NCBI GenBank assembly: GCA_949299015.1
Contig: CASFYT010000006.1
Span: 16,457-80,456, forward strand
Length of the DNA stretch: 64,000 bases
Origin: an uncultured Bacillota bacterium
GTDB lineage: Bacteria; Bacillota_I; Bacilli_A; RFN20; CAG-288
Reading direction: 5' to 3'
Shown here: positions 61,258 through 64,000 of the stretch, in pieces
How positions within the stretch are numbered: position 1 is the first letter of the stretch
Layout: the number at the start of each line of letters is the position of its first letter
Notes under the pieces: generated by a model
Database searches by the model: none
What the model was told of the DNA's origin: nothing
The model's input: only the letters and a program-made list of their open reading frames with translations
Translations under genes and position numbers: made by a program

Positions 61258-62166
61258 ATGAACCTAGCTGAAAGAAACGTTGCGACCATCCTGACCCTCG
61301 CCCGGCTTGTCGAGAACAGCCTTGTCTATTGCGTCAAGCGCCCGGAGCCTTTCTCGGCGGAAGACCGCCGCAAGAGAGGCAACGTCCTGCAGAATCTGAC
61401 GCGCCCTTCGACGCCCTTTGCCGTCAACTGCGAGAAGAACGGGGAACAGGGGAAGAAGCTTGCCGAGGACATGAAGTATTTCATCGAGGACGTCTATGGC
61501 GATCCGGGACGCATCGTCACCGTCGACATCAACGACAACGTCCACGTCGAGCAGTCGCTGACGATCGAGCTCTTCTCGACGATCGTCCATCTCCGCCTCT
61601 ACCTGGAGGGCTTCCTCAAGAGCGCCCTTCAGTACCTCAAGGAGAGCAACCAGCTCGAGGAATCCTTCGCCAAGGCCGTCTCCTCCGACATCCGCCTCTA
61701 TCACGCCCTGGCCGGGAAGATCGGCTCCCAGATGATCTACGACAAGTTCATCGAGGTCAACGAGAACGCCTCGACCTACATGCAGTCCTATTCCAAGAGC
61801 CATGGCGGCATCGACCCGCGCAAGGACAAGGACTTCAAGGTCGACGACGACCCCAGCGTCCGCATGCTGAAGAACGAATTCCACGAGCTCAACCAGGACC
61901 TCGTCAACGTCCTGAACACCTATGGCGAGGACGACGAGGAGTTCCGCTTCGCCCGCCAGTCGCTCTATGCCGACTGCGAGCTCTTCACGGGACAGAAGAA
62001 GCCGACCGACCTCAAGGCCTTCCGGCAGCTGTTCGTCGGCTACTTCGACAAGATCATCCGCCAGGCCGAGAAGGAGTCCAACGACTGCTTCCGCAGCCTT
62101 GGCGACGAGATGCTCGCCTTCGACCAGGCGCGCAGGACGGCAACGGAGGAAAAGAACAATGACTGA
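61258..62166 (+). CDS. hypothetical cytosolic helical protein
   Basis: ATG at 61258 follows a GAGGT RBS and a TATAAT box. Length 302 aa. I recognise no family motif. Confidence 0.7.
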   Translation: MNLAERNVATILTLARLVENSLVYCVKRPEPFSAEDRRKRGNVLQNLTRPSTPFAVNCEKNGEQGKKLAEDMKYFIEDVYGDPGRIVTVDINDNVHVEQSLTIELFSTIVHLRLYLEGFLKSALQYLKESNQLEESFAKAVSSDIRLYHALAGKIGSQMIYDKFIEVNENASTYMQSYSKSHGGIDPRKDKDFKVDDDPSVRMLKNEFHELNQDLVNVLNTYGEDDEEFRFARQSLYADCELFTGQKKPTDLKAFRQLFVGYFDKIIRQAEKESNDCFRSLGDEMLAFDQARRTATEEKNND

Positions 62167-62542
62167 ACAGAAGCAGCGAAAGGTCCAGAAGTCGGAAATC
62201 GTCTGGTACAGCCTCCTGGGAGCGCTCTGGCTCTTCGGACTGATCATGGCGATCCTGGGCGTCTGCGCCTACAACGTCGGCCGGATCAGCACCAATCCGC
62301 TCTACGGAGCGGAGAAGGCCTGGGCGGCCTTCTTCGGCATGCCGGAGGGGGCGATCCTGGACTTCCGCGTCGTCGGGACGGTCGTGATGGTCGTGAGCAT
62401 GCTCTGCTTCTTCGTCGCCATCTACGTCTATGCCACCAAGGCCAGCGAGCGGGAGGCCGAGGAAAGAAGGCGCCAGGAGCGTCTCCGCATCCTCATGGAC
62501 AGCACGGTCGACCTTCCTTCCGAAGGACAAGCCGAGAACTGA
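62159..62542 (+). CDS. hypothetical 2-TM membrane protein
   Basis: Overlaps the previous gene by 8 nt. Two hydrophobic spans are followed by a charged tail (EREAEERRRQERLR). Confidence 0.7.
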   Translation: MTEQKQRKVQKSEIVWYSLLGALWLFGLIMAILGVCAYNVGRISTNPLYGAEKAWAAFFGMPEGAILDFRVVGTVVMVVSMLCFFVAIYVYATKASEREAEERRRQERLRILMDSTVDLPSEGQAEN

Positions 62543-62547
62543 GAACG

Positions 62548-62568
62548 GGCCGCTTCGGCGGCCTTTTT
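62548..62568 (+). terminator. rho-independent terminator
   Basis: GGCCGC-TTCG-GCGGCC followed by T5. Confidence 0.9.
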
Positions 62569-62649
62569 CCTTGCACGAAAAAAGGGTCGGCCCTCCGCGA
62601 CGTCGCGACGAGGAAGGTCGGCCCCTTTCGTTTTCGTTGGGAAGACGGC

Positions 62650-62754
62650 TCAGGCCTTCTTGGCCTTGCTCTTCTTTTCCTTGGCCAGCTTCTTCTCTCT
62701 TCTCTCTTTCCACTGCTGAGCGAAGTTGCGGCATTCGAATCTCTTCTTGCCCAT
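62650..62754 (-). CDS. small highly basic protein, 34 aa (below the ORF-track size cut-off)
   Basis: MGKKRFECRNFAQQWKERREKKLAKEKKSKAKKA. A GAGGA SD lies 8 nt upstream of the ATG at 62754. A structured region with a T-run lies downstream. Confidence 0.5.
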   Translation of the reverse strand: MGKKRFECRNFAQQWKERREKKLAKEKKSKAKKA

Positions 62755-62824
62755 GTCTTGGTCCTCTACTTTCGTTCTAATCGGCAAGAAGAAATTTTAC
62801 CTGATGCAAAGGGGAAATGCAAGC

Positions 62825-63082
62825 TCACTGCCGGAAGGAGTAGTATTCTTCGTCCTTCCTGGCGTCGCAGAGCTCCTCGGAGTTTCCTTCCTCGGAGAGC
62901 TGGAACGCGCTGTCGGCGAAGAGCTCGAGGAACCGGTAGCGGTCGAGGACGAGCCGGTCCTGCCTTCCCTGGGCGACGACCTTTCCTTGGCGGTTGAGGA
63001 AAGTCCTTCCTTCGCCTTCGACGACGTAGCCGGCCAGGAGGAAGGAGAGGGCTTCCTTGGCCGAAAGATTCTTCTTTTTCAT
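62825..63082 (-). CDS. hypothetical 85-aa protein
   Basis: MKKKNLSAKEALSFLLAGYVVEGEGRTF... It is the in-frame tail of the 62825-63589 ORF, whose upstream part is antisense to the Nudix gene. No clear SD is present. Confidence 0.5.
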   Translation of the reverse strand: MKKKNLSAKEALSFLLAGYVVEGEGRTFLNRQGKVVAQGRQDRLVLDRYRFLELFADSAFQLSEEGNSEELCDARKDEEYYSFRQ

Positions 63083-63121
63083 GTGGCTTATGCTAGCACC
63101 AAAAAGTATAATTGAAAAGGT

Positions 63122-63607
63122 ATGAAAATCGAATATCTGCCCTATCTGAGAAAGAAGGTCGGCCACGACCTGGTGCTCTCCGTCGGGCTTTCGGTCCTGG
63201 TCGTCGACAAGGAGAGGAACCTCGTCCTCCTGGAGAAGCGGGCGGACAACGGCCTGTACAGCCTCCCAGGCGGATCGATCGACCTGGGAGAGAAGGTCCT
63301 CGACGGCGCGCGCCGGGAGCTGTTGGAGGAGACGGGAATCGAGGTCGGACCGATGGAGCTCTTCCTCATCCTTTCGGGAGAGGACGGAAGGCTTTCCTAT
63401 CCCAACGGCGACGTCACCGAATACTGCGACCTGATCTTCCTCTCCTATGTCGATGCCAGCCGCGTCCAGCCCCGTCCGGACTGGGAGTCGACCTTCGTCG
63501 GCTTCGTTCCCTTCGACCGGCTTCCGCCGGCGGAAGAGTTCCTCCGCGGCACCTACCGCATCCTCCGGAAGTACCTGTCGGGAGACCACTCCCTGGAGAT
63601 CGACTGA
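63122..63607 (+). CDS. NUDIX hydrolase
   Basis: GGSIDLGEKVLDGARRELLEETGIE is the Nudix box. A TATAAT box ends 9 nt before the ATG. Confidence 0.92.
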   Translation: MKIEYLPYLRKKVGHDLVLSVGLSVLVVDKERNLVLLEKRADNGLYSLPGGSIDLGEKVLDGARRELLEETGIEVGPMELFLILSGEDGRLSYPNGDVTEYCDLIFLSYVDASRVQPRPDWESTFVGFVPFDRLPPAEEFLRGTYRILRKYLSGDHSLEID

Positions 63608-63609
63608 CG

Positions 63610-63948
63610 ATGGAGAAGATCACGTTCGCGAAGTATCAGCAGGAAGCCTACGACCTCATCTCACCCGAGGGAAGGAAGGACATGGTGCTCAACGGCGTCC
63701 TCGGCCTTTCCGGAGAATCGGGAGAATGCGCCGACCTGGTGAAGAAGCACCTCTTCCAAGGCCATCCTCTCGACCGGGAGAAGCTCGTCCTGGAGCTCGG
63801 GGACGTCCTCTGGTACATCGCCGAGACGGCTTCGGGCCTCGGCGTCTCCCTGGAGGAAGTCGCCTCCCGCAACCTCGAGAAGCTGCACCGACGCTACGGG
63901 GGAAATCGATTCTCGGCGGAAAGGTCGAAAAATCGAACGGACTCCTGA
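63610..63948 (+). CDS. MazG-like nucleotide pyrophosphohydrolase
   Basis: LSGESGECADLVKKHLF...ELGDVLWYIA is the EExxE/D-type MazG helix pair. Confidence 0.85.
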   Translation: MEKITFAKYQQEAYDLISPEGRKDMVLNGVLGLSGESGECADLVKKHLFQGHPLDREKLVLELGDVLWYIAETASGLGVSLEEVASRNLEKLHRRYGGNRFSAERSKNRTDS

Positions 63949-63972
63949 AGGCTCTGTTTTCAGGAGTTTTTT
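63942..63972 (+). terminator. rho-independent terminator
   Basis: CTCCTGAA-(9 nt)-TTCAGGAG followed by T6. The stop codon lies inside the stem. Confidence 0.85.
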
Positions 63973-64000
63973 GTCGAAAACTCGGATTTCATGCCATATT

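Noticed and set aside
1-64000. An alternative genetic code (TGA = Trp, as in Mycoplasma/Spiroplasma), given the Mollicutes-like gene order.
   Set aside because: Many well-defined genes terminate at TGA with the expected protein lengths (rimM, rnfC, metK, tmk and the AspC-like gene). ATGA junctions are also common, and reading through them would destroy the downstream conserved N-termini.
1-64000. Prophage, IS elements, integrases, restriction-modification or toxin-antitoxin defence islands, CRISPR arrays, and tRNA/rRNA genes.
   Set aside because: No transposase, integrase or Cas-like proteins, no long inverted or direct terminal repeats, and no T-loop-type (GTTCRAATC) signatures were seen in any intergenic spacer. 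The window reads as conserved chromosomal core.

Overview
This is a gene-dense 64-kb chromosomal core region with about 69 CDS. It is GC-rich (roughly 55-60% by eye) with strong GC3 bias, which explains the many long R/G/D/V-rich antisense 'shadow' ORFs in the track. It appears to come from a streamlined Bacillota-type bacterium with Mollicutes/Erysipelotrichia-like gene order. The standard genetic code applies: TGA is a stop codon and forms many ATGA/TGATG gene junctions. I found no rRNA, tRNA, CRISPR array, IS element, integrase or phage genes.

Contents, left to right:
- a surface-lipoprotein island
- rpsP-khpA-rimM-trmD, converging on ffh-ylxM-ftsY-rnc-plsX-recG
- rpmE
- rsmI-ricT-holB-tmk-recR-ybaB-dnaX
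- a CBS gene, pyrG, pepF and degV
- a TetR gene followed by a large acidic lipoprotein
- cysK-cysE
- a three-gene LDH-like / AspC-like / PEPCK-fold operon
- nnrE and an SDR gene
- a YtrA-type GntR-ABC operon
- pflBA, then a second large acidic lipoprotein
- two Nfu-like genes, pduL and a PLC-like gene
- rnfCDGEA, then NusG_II, Gx transporter, TSCPD, metK and a PLP decarboxylase
- hpf, an ApbE lipoprotein and a Cof phosphatase
- several unknown genes, then Nudix and MazG-like genes

Most interesting observations:
1. The Rnf-type operon has no rnfB. By eye, its RnfA and RnfE have lost all four family-conserved Fe-S-ligating cysteines, while the NADH/flavin subunits RnfC, RnfD and RnfG look intact. 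This suggests a coherently remodelled Rnf-derived complex.
2. A translationally coupled operon pairs an AspC-type aminotransferase and a divergent LDH/MDH-like dehydrogenase with a PEPCK/HprK-fold P-loop protein. That protein keeps the PckA nucleotide/metal motifs but has an unrelated N-terminal half.
3. There are several poly-serine-linker lipoproteins, including an M6-peptidase-like protein without HExxH and a paralogous pair of ~700-aa acidic lipoproteins.
4. A consensus promoter drives an apparently leaderless GntR gene and is preceded by four ATCTGT repeats spaced 9 bp apart.

All calls come from reading the sequence and from remembered family motifs. No alignments or searches were run.
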